Shown here piece after piece: positions 49,858-64,000 of a stretch of DNA of 64,000 nt (the first letter of the stretch is position 1; each line of letters begins with the position of its first letter). The notes below the pieces were generated by a model. That model did not search any database and was not told the DNA's origin. It saw only the letters and a program-made list of their open reading frames with translations. Both the position numbers and the translations under genes were made by a program. Origin of the DNA: Octopus sinensis (lineage: Eukaryota); the NCBI RefSeq assembly GCF_006345805.1, contig NC_043001.1, positions 103,478,001 to 103,542,000 of the forward strand, given 5' to 3'.

Positions 49858-50190
49858 AAGCGCGTTGCTTAATGGTTAGAGCTGGCAAAAACGTTAGCAC
49901 GTCGGGCGAAATGCTTAGCGGTATTTTGCCTACCGTTACGTTGTGAGTTCAAATTCCGCCGAGGTCGACTTTGCCTTTCATCCTTTCGGGGTCGATAAAT
50001 TAAGTACCAGTTAAGCACTGGGGTCGATATAATACCTATGTCTGTCCATGTTTGTCCCCTCTATGTTTAGCCCCTTGTGGGTAATAAAGAAATAGGTTAG
50101 TGTCATTCAATTCTCAATCATAAGGCCGTGAGTTCGATTCCCTGCGGCGTGTTGTGTCATTGAGCAAGACACTTATTCCACCCAGCTGGC
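49858..50190 (+). mobile_element. SINE-C head interrupted by a SINE-A with the alternative tail (49880-50094)
   Basis: GGTTAG duplicated on both sides of the insert; the C head resumes with GAGTTCGATTCCC. Confidence 0.85.
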
Positions 50191-50359
50191 AAATTAATAT
50201 TTTGTTTAAGTTCAGGAATATGTTTATCAATAATAAATTTACTAACCCTACCAATATCTGATTACGATAAGCAAATTAGTGTAACTTGTCGATCAGTATC
50301 AAAATTAGGTTTGTGCTCTTTAAAATTAATTCTAGCAAGTGTTGTGGGGTGTAAGGCTG

Positions 50360-50578
50360 AGTTGCTGTAGTCCACCCGGCTGGCAAAAATGAGTAACACC
50401 TGTATTTCAAAGAGCCAGCCTTGTCACATTCTGTGTCACACTGAATCTTCCTGAGAACTACATTAAGAGGATGCGTGTCTGTAGAGCGCTCAACCGCTTG
50501 CTCGTTAATTTCACGATCAAGTAGTTCCACTGACCGGTTCAAATGAAACACTCGTCGTCGTAACCGACAGAGTGCCAG
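50360..50578 (+). mobile_element. SINE family C 3' half
   Basis: GCTGGCAAAAATGAG..CCAGCCTTGTCACATTCTGTG..CGTAACCGAC. Confidence 0.88.
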
Positions 50579-51379
50579 ATAACCATTTGCTACAAATTCA
50601 AATAACCATTGCCTACATAAATGTGTAAGTCCATTCGACGGTGACCCACGTCATAATGTAATTTGCAAAAGAGTTGACAGCTGTGAATGCATCTCTTAAA
50701 CGATGCGGCTCAAACTCACACAGCTATCTGAAATCATGTAGGTTTGAAAAGCGAAAAGAAGAAAAAAAAACTAATCAAAGCCAGATAATAGTTATTTGGC
50801 ATCTAATAATAATTCTGCTTGTCACTGCGTTACTTAGCCCGTTGGTAACGCTTTCACTTGGTTAAAGAAAAAGTGGAAGTGAGAAAAAGAGGGAGAGAGA
50901 AGCGTCCACGATGTGAGGTAGAGGGAATGTAATTATTACACTTTCACGTGATTAGTCGAAAAGAAAAAGAGGAGAAAGAAAAAAAGAAGATAAGGCGAAG
51001 AGTGAGACAGAAAGAGGAAGAAAAAAAGAGGGAGAGCAATGCATCCATGAGGTGAGGGAGGGGGAATATAATATTTATTACGTGGTTAAAAGATATTAGT
51101 TGCAGGTAAAAGAGGAGAGTGAAAAATATAGTGTTTGCAGAGGGGTGAGTTCTGATGGTGAGGTTAAATAAAGGCAGCGAGAGGGGGAGGGATAGATGAG
51201 GACGGTGGTGGTAGTGTTAGTGGTGGTATTGGTGGTGATGGAGGTGGTGGTGTTGGAATCACCAACAAATGGCGCATGCTAAGATGTTACAGCACAAGCC
51301 CCCATACTACTACTGCTGCTACAGCAACAAAAGCAACAACAACAACAACTACTACTACTACTACTACTGATAATAATAA

Positions 51380-51423
<44 letters not shown>

Positions 51424-51425
51424 AT

Positions 51426-51984
51426 AAATACTCTGATGCAGTACCAGACAGTGGCTTTCGTGGCTTCTGATCTTAACTGATTGGAAGTGTTATCATGTAC
51501 ATTGTTCTGTCTTGGTATAAAAGATGGGCTACAGCAAATATTCTGCTCAATACCACAGATTTGCTTTGTCAGTTGTTTGACCGTAACCAGTTGAGCATGT
51601 TCCTTAGTGGCTGACGATATGTGCATCTCTGATCACGAGCGGAAGTAGTGGGGGAGCGTAATAGCCATGTTTTGAGAGGAATTCTTTGGGGTTTGAACAA
51701 TTCACCTCTGGAAACATAGGTGTTTTGTTCAACATCCTTAAGCAACTCTTATTCAGGGACCTTTCGAGTGGGATGGGTTACTCGACCTGAAGAAAATTCT
51801 GACTGGGCCCCACCTGCAAGGTCATGTAATGTTTATTTGATATGAGATCATCATGTCGTGCACATATGGTTGTGATGCATGTGCCTGGTGTACCTTATCA
51901 GACGGGTAGTCATGATGGGTATATACTGGGGCTTCGTATATTGTACCCCAGTGTCACTTGATGGCATGCACTGCTCTCTCACTC
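51426..51984 (+). mobile_element. Non-coding interspersed element E, flanked by (TAA/TAG)n
   Basis: Homologue of 36273-36890; ends CTCTCTCACTC(AAT)n. Confidence 0.85.
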
Positions 51985-51996
51985 AATAATAGTAAT

Positions 51997-52044
<48 letters not shown>

Positions 52045-52816
52045 GAATAATAATAATATAATAGGCAAACAACAACAACAATAACAACAACAACAACAAA
52101 ACGAACAAAAATTAATAATAATACTATAAACAACAACAACAACAATGATAATATAGATTATGTTATAAGACAATGAATCTGCATGAAAAACAGTTTTGAA
52201 TTATCTTAATGGCAGCATTAAGTAAATGGGTGAAAAAAATATTCCTTTCGTGCAGAAATTGGATTTCTCTGATAAGACAACGGAATGATGCTGTTGTTTA
52301 CAGCAGTGAATTACCGAACTTGAAAAATCTTGACAAGATCGTATTAAAAATCTCTTTTGGGATCGTGTTTTTAATACCAGAAGTCTCAAATAAGTGCTGC
52401 TTCTAATCTAGGCATTCATACATGCATCTATGCATACATGCAAGCTTATGGATTGAACTACGTAAAAACAACTAAATGTGCAACTGTGTTTAAAACACGT
52501 TACGGGTTCAAGTATTCAAATGCGCCCGTATACTTATGTATGTAGGTATATATAATATATATATATATATCATATATATAAATCTATATATATATATAGT
52601 TAATCCAAACATGAAAAAGACAGAGAGAAAACACAACAACGCGAGGACCGTGGAACAAGTATAGTGTTATTGGACGCTCAGGAAGAAGGAAATAAGGAGG
52701 ATTAACGTTTCGAGTGGGGGGAACTTGGTCAGAAACATCCGAAAGGATGATCCAAGGAAGGGAAGGACGAGGAAAAAAATAGCAACGATACACACGCGGT
52801 CATATATATATATATA

Positions 52817-52859
<43 letters not shown>

Positions 52860-53066
52860 TATCTTTATCTATATCTATATCTATATAGATATTATATTCT
52901 AATATCTATATATATATATATACTTAATTAGAGATAGATATAGATAAAGATATATATAATATATATCTATATATTTACAATATATAGAATAGTGATATAG
53001 TAAAGATTTATAATATATATTATATATGTATATATATATGTATATATATATATATATATGATCATA

Positions 53067-53105
<39 letters not shown>

Positions 53106-53130
53106 TATATATAGATATAGATATAGATAA

Positions 53131-53176
<46 letters not shown>

Positions 53177-53282
53177 TGTATGTATATAGTTCAAATTTAC
53201 AGAAAAAAACAAGCCGAAAGAAAGAAAGATGTATAAACAACAAGCAAAGGTATTAGTTTGACGCTCGGGAAGGTGAGAAAGT

Positions 53283-53318
53283 CTTTTACGTTTCAAACCT
53301 ACACTCTTCAACAGAAAG
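53283..53318 (-). ncRNA. Minimal hammerhead-like motif with CTGTTGA core variant
   Basis: Minus strand CTTT-CTGTTGA-a-GAGT/GTTT-GAAA-CGTA-AAAG. Confidence 0.5.
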
Positions 53319-53358
53319 TGACACGAGGAAATATGCAGAGAGAATACACACACACCAC

Positions 53359-53416
<58 letters not shown>

Positions 53417-53860
53417 CATACGCACACACACACACACACGCATACACATATATATACGTATACATATATATATATACGCGCACGCGTGTATATTGTATGT
53501 TTTTGAAAAAAACTTGTCCTCTTTTTTCTTATTCTTATTCATTCTTTGATATGCGTGTGTGTGTGCGTGTGTGTGTGTGTAGATGTATGTATGTATACGC
53601 ACAAACATATACAGATAGATAGACAGACAGACAGATAGGCAGGCAGACAGACAGATAAATAGACGGTGTCGGAGAAAGCGACGTGTATATTTAGATAAGG
53701 GAAAGCAAGAAAAAGAGGGAACGAGAAATAAGACGAGTAGGGAGACAGCAATAAAACGCTGTCATATATTTAGAAGTGACGAATTTCTACACAAACACGA
53801 TGTAATGTCTTATTGACTGCAGGCAACAGACTACGGAAAATATGAAAGGCAGGTCGGCTA

Positions 53861-54063
53861 GGCCATGAGGGAATTGTACAAGATAAAAATTAGTGCTACA
53901 TGAGATGACTGGACCTAAAAATCCTCTTTAAATATACATTCACACCTATGGAACCATTTGAATATGTTATAACATTTATATAAGCTAAAGGAACGGACAT
54001 CGACATTCAGATTTAGATGTTTTGGCGCATGTATAAATATACAGACACACATAGGTACATGAT
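53861..54063. repeat. ~200-bp direct repeat, copy 1 (copy 2 at 56397-56600)
   Basis: GGCCATGAGGGAATTGTACA...CACACATAGGTACATGATA in both copies. Confidence 0.88.
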
Positions 54064-54160
54064 AATATACTACACAAGGATACGCACCCGTACGTACATA
54101 CACTTATTTGTGTTTGGACATGCAAATGAATCATAAATTATATATATTATATAATATATA

Positions 54161-54222
<62 letters not shown>

Positions 54223-54490
54223 CATGGTCGTATTAAGAAAATATATATTTGAAATCTTTCTTTTCGTACAACATATACAAACATACCTGCATACATAAAG
54301 CATACATACAAGCATACATACATGCATTCATACATACATATATACATACATGTAAGCATGCATATATACATACATTTAAGCATGCATATATATTATATAT
54401 GTATATATATATATATATGATATAATTACAGTTATACGCATATGTATATTCAAATATATATATATACATAAATGTAATTATATATTTATG

Positions 54491-54532
<42 letters not shown>

Positions 54533-54625
54533 ATTTATATATATATATAGATAAATGTAACTATATATTTATACAGATTTATATATATATATATGTATAT
54601 GTATATTTATATATATGTGTGTATA

Positions 54626-54660
<35 letters not shown>

Positions 54661-55157
54661 ATATATATATATATATATGTATACATATATATACATATAT
54701 GTATATATTCATACATGTGTATAAATATGAATATTGTCTCTCCACTCTGTATTTATATTTTTCCGTGGAGGAAATCAATAGAGAAGACACTATCTATAAC
54801 CAATAATCTCTCTTCCATTATCGGAATATATTCTTCGATCGTATATTTGTTTCCAAGCTTTACACAAATAACAAGCACTGCTTTTGTTTTTTAAACATTG
54901 TTTTTTTTTTTTGGTTTATTTTTGGTTTTTCTTCCTACATTCAATCCAATTTGCTCTCGTCTCTCTCTCTCTCTTTTTTTTTTTGAAAATATCTGTAGTA
55001 ATTTGATTAAATCATTCTACTATATTTATGAAATTTTATTATTATGCGTTAGATTTATTAGGAAGGTTGCTGTGGCGGATATTGCATTCTACTTTCTTCT
55101 TGCCTTTTTTCTTTGTTAGTGAAGTCTTAGCATTTCCTTTCTGTTCCCGTATCTTGT

Positions 55158-55485
55158 GAAGGTGCGTGGCTTAGTGGTTAGGGCATTTGGTTTATGAGCG
55201 TATGGTCGTGGTCTCATTTCCCTTCGGCGCGTTGTATCCTTGAGCAGGACCCTTTTTTTTATATTTTGCGTTGCTCCAGTCTACTCAGCTGGCAAAAATT
55301 AACTGTACATGTATTGCAAAGGCCAACATTGTTACATTCTGTCGCACGCTGGACCTCCCTGACATCTATGGTAAGGATACGCGTGTCCGTGGCGTGCTCA
55401 ACCACGCGCACGCTTACTTCACGAGCAAGCTGTTCCGTTGATCGAATCAACTGGAACATTCATCGTCGTAACCGATGGGGTACCG
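55158..55485 (+). mobile_element. SINE family C, full length, diverged
   Basis: GAAGGTGCGTGGCTTAGTGGTTAGG...CGTCGTAACCGA. Confidence 0.85.
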
Positions 55486-55994
55486 GTAAAATGTATAAGA
55501 CACAGAATGTCGCAAAGGTTGAACATAAGGATGTTTAACTACATAAGTACAGAAAAAGAGTTTTTAAAGGGCAAAAGAAAGAAAAAAAGGAAAAGACAAA
55601 GAACAGAATGCTTGCTAACCCTTTACCCGCTTCGCATTTTCAGTTTTGTCACCGGAACCATATTGTCATAATCCATTTCAAAGACAGTTTTCAAAAGCTT
55701 TGTTCAACTATTCGTAAAACGGTTCCACAATGTGGGAACGGTCGCTGTACTGTGCTCATGGCTAACACATAACTGTTAATAAGCAAGTCTACTTGTAAGA
55801 AAGTAACAATTTGTGATATCGTTCAATACATAAAGTTTATAGTCAGGCAGGGCCGTCGCTAAGCCACTGCAGCCCTTGCGGTTGCAGGGGGCCACTGCGG
55901 CGGTTGAGGGGACCCATGTTAAGATCAAAGTATGGAGATGAGTCATCTATTCACTTTGGTTAAGATGTTGAACAAGAATTAAACTATCTACGTT

Positions 55995-56295
55995 AACATG
56001 GCCTCGTGGTTAAAGCAGCGGAGTCACGGTCGATGGATTGTGGGTTCGAATCTCAGACCGGGTGATGTGTATGCTTATGAGCGAAAGACCTAAGCTCCAC
56101 GCGGCTCCGGCTGAAGGTAACGGCAAACTTCTGCTGCTTCTTTTGCCACAACTTTCTCTCACTCTTTCCTCTTGCATCTTGCAGCTCATCTGCGACAGAC
56201 CGGTGTCTCGTCCAGGTAGGGAACCTATATGCCAAGGAAACCGGGAAACTGGCCCTATGAGCCAGGCATGGCTCGAAATAGGAACTAACAAACAA
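55995..56295 (+). mobile_element. tRNA-derived SINE family D
   Basis: TGGCCTCGTGGTTAAAGC, GGTTCGAATCTC, tail GGAAACCGGGAAACTGGCCCTATGAGCC. Confidence 0.85.
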
Positions 56296-56396
56296 AATGA
56301 TAACTAAAAATTTCAAGAAATAAAATGGTAATACATTGTACCTGCAAAAGTTCTCGTAAAAATATTACATTGTACCATGAACGTGTACCAGACTTG

Positions 56397-56600
56397 GGCC
56401 ATGAGGGAATTGTACAGGATAAAAATTAGTATTACATGAGATGGCTGACGGTAAACATCCTCTTTAAATATACATTCACACCTATAGAGCCATTTGAATA
56501 TGTAATAATATTTATATTAGCTTAAGGAACGGACATCGACATTTAGATGTAGATGTTTTGGTGCATGTATAAATATATAGACACACATAGGTACATGATA
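56397..56600. repeat. ~200-bp direct repeat, copy 2
   Basis: Matches 53861-54063. Confidence 0.88.
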
Positions 56601-56910
56601 TCTATTGAACACAAACTTAGCTCTCAGCTTGACTATTTTTAACTGATCGATGATTTTATGAAGCCAAAAGTGCACCGTGTTTGTCTTTGAAAGTTGCCTG
56701 GATTATAAAAGTGCTCTTTTATTCATATCTGGAAGTTGTCATTGAAATTTGTTATAGACCTATATAAATTTAACTTATACTTTTAAAGATGTTCTTTAGG
56801 ATAACGTGAAGCTAGAATAAGATAAAATATAGCTATGGATAAAAGGTAAGTAGATTATGAATTTTCATTGAAGGGATAAGGCCTCGAAACAAGTAAGAGA
56901 TAAAAGACAC

Positions 56911-57775
<865 letters not shown>

Positions 57776-58427
57776 TCATTAACAGAAAGACATTTAGTTC
57801 GACGGTGTATTCAAATTTACTCATTTACGCATTAGATAAATACTAATTCATTTGTTCGTAATATATTTAACCCAATTAATGACATGGGTTCTTGATTTCA
57901 AATCAGTTGAATTTAATTCCACTTCTGTGTATTCAAAACAAAGTATTACTTCGTTAGATATCTCGATTTCACATTGAATAGATCCGCCTGTCTCCTCTAG
58001 TGATTATAACATACAAATTCGTGTTGAACGACATCTGAACGCTATTTCTAAACGCATTCAATACACTCGTTCATTCACTCAATCATTTATTTACTCCGTG
58101 CTAAGGTTGCGTTATGGAAACGTCGATGTATATTTCACATCTCTCAGCTCGTAGTAAATGGTGTTTCAAGTTTATTATGTAAATGATAAAGCAGAATATG
58201 TGAATAAGTGCTGAAAATTTCACGTTAAAAGATATATTACACTCACTTAGTTGCATCAGTAAACATTTATGTTACTTGACGTAAGAATATGCCTGAGGTC
58301 AGGAAATATGAGGTACGTTAACGTTGATACATTAGCTTATACATACATACATACATACATACATACATACATACATACATACATACATACATGCATGCAT
58401 ACATACATACATACATATATACATACA

Positions 58428-58459
<32 letters not shown>

Positions 58460-58487
58460 CATACATAGAAACACAGGCACATTTATG

Positions 58488-58520
<33 letters not shown>

Positions 58521-58715
58521 ATTCATATGCATGTATATGTATATTCATAAACACACACACGCTCAAATACATATATGTATATAACTGTCTCAGTAATAAT
58601 AAACTTACGAGATATTGGAAAAGCAGATATTTTCATGAAAATAGAGGCAGAAGAAATATTCTACCTCGAATTAAATGGAATTAAATGAGAAGGAAATATG
58701 ATGATGTTGAAAGTA

Positions 58716-58746
<31 letters not shown>

Positions 58747-61138
58747 AGGGGGGTGCTGGAAGAAACACTAATACAGAGAACAGAGTAGCAGAGGAAAATC
58801 GGTGGCAAAGACAAAGTTTTTCTAAATCGAGACATTTTGGAATCTCACTGTATTTGTGTAGTTATTGTTCGGAAACATTTGGTTTTTCAGTTCTAGATTA
58901 AGTGCTTATCGGAGTGTTTGTATTTTTCAGACTTCTTTGATCAGAGTTGTTTTTTAACATCTTTATAATTCAGAAGTTTGATATATACGTTGCGTGGAGG
59001 GAAATGTTTCGGTAGGTTTCGAGAAATATTAACAATAGGCTTGCAAATTATATAAGCTTAACATATGTCAAATAAATACGTTGGTTGTGTTATATTTTTA
59101 ATGTGCAGCGCCTTCTACCGAATACTTTATTGTAGTGGTTGGATTGTTTTTGAAAACATTCATTCGCAGCGAAGGAAGTTTGCTTAAGGATATACATCAA
59201 ACAAAAATTTTAATAACATAATTACTGTGATTAAATCATTTATGAATGCACTGAAACCCATCAGTTTGTGAGATTAATACGAGAGTGGCCTGATTAAATG
59301 CGGCATCAAGAACACTGACGATGTATAAACGACATTCAACCGTAATTGAGAAACCATTTCAAGTTCGGAATATTTCAGTGGTTTCAGATTAAAATTATGT
59401 AATAATTAGAGATAATCATCTAATCATAATAACTAGCCTTGATTATCTTGTAGCTATAGGGGAGAATTTAACATGTAATTTATTTCCAATGTATAATTCC
59501 ACTTTAATGCTGACCTTGGCTGATTCCTTTGAGCTGATTCTAACGTCAAAGGGAAAATTATTTTATTTCATTTGTGTTCTTAATAGATGTGTTTTATTGC
59601 TCTTGATTAAGTGCAGCTGTCGGAGTAATTGCAGAATAATAATTCTTTTGTGTTGAAAGCAAAACCGATTATATTCTGGGCTGTACTAAACTTCTTTATC
59701 ACTGAATTTCTACTTTTCCAAAAAGAGGGGAGACCGAAGATTCACTTCGGAATGGTAAAATCTAATATAGTTTTACAATTGATACCTATGTCTGTTTGTG
59801 TAAACGATTGGAAGGTGGCAGGTACAGTTTAGTTCATGATCTTTAAATGTGAAGTATGTGTTTTGTGTTGCAAGCATTTGAACACTATCATCTGTATAGT
59901 TCACAGACAGTTTTTTTAGTACTTTTATGAATACCGTTTACATCGAAATAGTTATTGTCTCTTGGATAAAGATTATTACTCAAACCACAGAGAAAACATT
60001 GCAAAGTTTGTTGATCGTACGTTTTCTTTTTCATATTCTCTCAATTGATGGAAAAAACAAACATCTTTGTTTGTTATTAACATTTAATCTTCTTCCTAAG
60101 TTCCTTCAAAAGAGGCTTAATATATTTTTTTGAACTAGATGTATTTGAACAGAAAGAATAAATCCTTCCAAAATGGTTGGAATAAATTGTTAGGAAGACG
60201 TCATTTTATTACTTGCAAACCAAATTTAGTTTTTATTTTGTCCTCACTTTTTTTGAAGCAGTAAAAGTTTCATCCTTTACACTAGGTAAATCTTTTGCTT
60301 TATATGATAACCTTTTAAGTAGACTTTATTTGAGGGCAACGGCATACTTAAGATATACGCATCTGCTTTCCGTTGGATCCTTCATATCGCATTTTTTGTT
60401 TAGAATGGTTACTACCATAAAGGGGAATTTATCAATATTGGCGATTTTATTCATATATTAATACGAAGGAAAACGTTAACAACTATAGACACCAATACAT
60501 GGGATAGAATTAGATGTTTATTTTACAAAGTAACAGTTAATTTCAAAACCGTGGTGCCAAAACTTGATGTGTGACATTTATCAATAAGTTAGAGATGTTT
60601 ATGATGAGAGTTCAAGCAACGGGACGGGGAGCGAGGAATTATCGATAATCAGAAGGAACCAATCGAAATTTATATAAGAATCACTAGATAAACAATTTCC
60701 AAAGAGATTAATATTTAAACTATATGATTTTATACGTATTGTAAATGAAAAGAATAAAGTTCGATCAGACGGAAAACAATTACTGTCCGTGAAATAATTG
60801 ACACAAACTGTATTGTCACATAGAGAGGAGTTTTCTCCTTTAGTAGAGAATATTTTAATAAATATTAAATTGTCACTTCGAATGTATATTATGGGAAATA
60901 TATATATATACATACATACATACATACATACATGTTTTGTCAGCAGAGTTTCGTTCAGGAATTTTTTTATTAATAAAATTAACTGACCTTGAGGTTTTCC
61001 TCCATCTAGTTGTTCAGTGGTTGAGTGCATCCAGCCATTTCAGTCTGAGAGGTCACCTATAAAGCTATATTCTTTGATCAGCCATTACGGACAACCTTCT
61101 AAACATCTCTCTCTCTCTCTCTCTCTCTCTCCTCTCTC

Positions 61139-61250
<112 letters not shown>

Positions 61251-61837
61251 TCATTTCTTTTTTTAATTTAGATCCCTAGACGCATGCGCGCACGCATGAG
61301 CACACACATAAATACGGACCGATGATGATTGGCCCTTTACCGTTTTTCAAAACGAACCCCTCTCCAAACAACTGAATTCCATACTCATTAAAATACCGTG
61401 TATGTGTTTGAGTATTCCACAGTCACTTAAACTCTTAACGTATCACACAGGGCGAATCAGTATCATACAATAAATCGCAACAGCGGAAATTTGTTTTGCT
61501 AAGAAAAATTCCTCTGGTTATCTTTGCCAAAATTTACAACTCTACATTTTCCCTGAAACAGGTTTCAGGATCCGAAGGTATGGTAAAAGACACTTGTATG
61601 AGATACCACACGGAGAAATCGAACGTGGAACTGCATGATTCTAAAGAAAACTTCTTAATATTTAAGCTTCCTTTACGTCCGCTTAATTTTGTCTGGTCGA
61701 AGAACTTTAAAGAAAATTAAATATCGACAGCGAAAGCTTTGCATTTTAGAAAACAGTAACGAGTTTTGGGGTATAAAATATTTAAAGCAAAAAGTAACTT
61801 CAAAAATTCACAGAATTAAATAAAAAGAAAAAAAATA

Positions 61838-62404
61838 CACTTGCGTCGGAAATTAATTAGCACTTCTCAAATTTCTACATTGTCTTACATTTTCTTAATT
61901 TAATTAACTTATTATCAGAAATGAACTCGTTTTTAATCAAAAATTTATTAAAACATATCCCAGCCCACCACATAATTGTTATTAATCGTGAAATTTAGTC
62001 AATATCTTGTTGCTCCTCCTTTGGCAGCAATGATAGCTGCTACGCGGGTCGGCATGCTGTCTATGAGTGCCTGCAGGTACTGTGCAGGGATGGCCCCTCA
62101 TGCAGCAAGAAGTGCCCCAAACAGCTCGTGTCGGTTCCTGTATTGCTGCACATTCAAATACCTACCCAATTGACTCTAGAGGTTCTCAATAGGGTTCAGG
62201 TCAGGTGACTGGCCAGCACGTACTCCTCGCCACCAAAGAGGTATCCCGTACTATCTCAACGTACTTTGCTGCGTTGATGTTGCCTTCGACGGCATAGAGC
62301 CGCCCAACACCACTGTAGCTGAACGCCCCTCACACCATCAGACCACCCCCACCATGCTTCATGGTGAGCAAATCAAGGGTGCTAATTAATTTCTGACGAT
62401 AGTG
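61838..62404 (-). mobile_element. Internally deleted Tc1-like transposon with TIRs and TA target duplication
   Basis: TA-CACTTGCGTCGGAAATTAATTAGCAC ... GTGCTAATTAATTTCTGACGATAGTG-TA; minus strand encodes TMKHGGGGLMV*GAFS, QSPDLNPIENL, SMPTRVAAIIAAKGGATRY*. Confidence 0.92.
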
Positions 62405-63255
62405 TACTTTAATCAGTAAAAATTCGCAATGATATCAAAGCTACAATTCGCAGTGATGATTATAGTTTACAACTTCTTAAGAGAACGTCTATAATACTTC
62501 ATGTTTGTTTGATACAAACTTAATGTTTGTTTTTCATCCAAATTTCGCTTCTGAGTAATTTATTTTCTGAATTCATGTGAATCTGTTACGTAGGCCCTCC
62601 ACAACTTGGAGGTCAAACAAAGAAAGAGTTGCTAAGCAATGGCAATACGTTCAGTCGACTGGATATAGGTAATATCCACTTCTCGTTTATATTACACCAT
62701 ACTGTTTTAGAAAATGAAACACACTTTAAAAACATCCTCTTTCATATACAGACAAAAGTTATTATTGAAAGCAAGGAAATGGGAATCCGATGCTATCATA
62801 TAATTACCGTTAGATATCTATTTTTGTGGACTTTGAAATTCAGTTCCGGTTTTTAAAAAATAACCAGTCAAATATAAACATTGTGTAATGGTAATATTAT
62901 TGAGATTTGTTGATGGACTTTTTCTACTATCTCTTTATTTATCTGTGTTTTTGTAATATTATCATAGTGCGGGATATGTGAATTATATAACAAATAAAAA
63001 CTAATCTATTTTATTTTGAGAGTCGGATATACGCACAAAAAAGAGGCAGATTTTAATCAGATTAAATCCGGGTTTGTGAAAAAAAAAAATGTACGCAGTA
63101 AAACCTCGTTTGGTTTTTTTAATATTTTCTATTATCAAAGCAAGTATTAAACAAAAAATATTAAAAAAAAATTATCAATCTGTCTATCTGAATATTTCTA
63201 TTCCTGTGTTTATCAGGTAAAATTTTATTTCGAAAATAAACTTTCTGTATAAATA

Positions 63256-63400
63256 AAGGGTGCGGCAGGTATTTTAGAACGTATATGGTAATTTAATAAA
63301 ACAACTCTAATCTAGTAAAAACCATGTGCATTTTAATATACTATATATGTATATATATATGTATATATATTATATATATATATGTATATATATTATATAG

Positions 63401-63460
<60 letters not shown>

Positions 63461-64000
63461 ATATATATATAATATATATATATATTATATTATATATATA
63501 TATATTGTGCACTTTTTCGCGATAAGCTTTCTTATAAACTTATTCTATATCTGACTTCAGCTTCGATTACTGTTTAAATATGGAACTGGAATTATTGATC
63601 TGCCAGCAACAAAAGAGCCTTATTCGTTTCAGGCATTACTTGGTTAATGAGAGCTTTCAGTGAAGTTATGGCATTGTTAGGATGTCGATTCGTCTCCTTT
63701 TCAACAACACTCCAGACAGTCTCCAGTTTGATGAATTTGGAGACCATGAATTAGTTTGGTGTTATACGATCGTAAAGATTGTCTGACATCAATTCTTGAG
63801 TTTACGAGTTTTGTGAGAAGGTGTAGATTCTTATAGCCTTCCACTGTGTACTTCTTCCGTCTACGGCTTAACGACTGTCTCCAAACCGCTTAACACACCA
63901 AGCACCTCGACTTATCCAGCAGCATTAGTTCTAAGATTCTGAAGAAAGAAGTGGTGTAGCAAAATATAACCTTCGTTATTTACCATGCCTAAAACCATCA
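63256..64000 (-). mobile_element. DD37D/maT-like transposon 3' remnant (runs off the window)
   Basis: Frame-shifted minus-strand reading MVLGMVNNEG, HFFLQNLR.NAA, LETVVKP, PSHK...TQE, WSPNS, VWSVVEKETNRHP..SLKA, VIEAE; possible terminus TA-AAGGGTGCGGCAG at 63256. Confidence 0.75.

Noticed and set aside
56860-56900. TTGAAGG...CTCGAAACAAGTA as a hammerhead
   Set aside because: Core and both stems are too degenerate
60560-60880. Possible Penelope ORF remnant (LDKQFPK)
   Set aside because: Only a single short motif

Overview
Eukaryotic, AT-rich window saturated with microsatellites and transposon remnants. The SINE repertoire suggests an octopod cephalopod genome (inference from pattern recognition, not a search). 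No intact host protein-coding gene is supported; almost all ORF-track entries are translated microsatellites or SINEs. Supported content: (i) dozens of copies of several tRNA-derived SINE families, labelled A, B, C and D here; (ii) a fragmented R4/Dong-like RT+RLE LINE (37.0-39.2 kb) and three other R4-like remnants, each ending in or abutting (TAA)n; (iii) mariner, Tc1 and DD37D/maT remnants; (iv) three non-autonomous Helitrons; (v) an APE-type LINE fragment and a Penelope-like GIY-YIG remnant; (vi) a 100-N gap. The most interesting signal is a set of short non-coding elements carrying minimal type I hammerhead ribozyme motifs with a palindromic stem III (the Penelope-associated, dimer-cleaving type). 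Several sit in fold-back structures and one is fused to a tRNA-like Pol III head. Also notable are a SINE variant that appears to insert into its own family to build concatemers, and a ~560-bp non-coding element that shares the (TAA)n niche with Dong LINEs. Coordinates were read by eye and may be off by a few bases, especially at degenerate ends.
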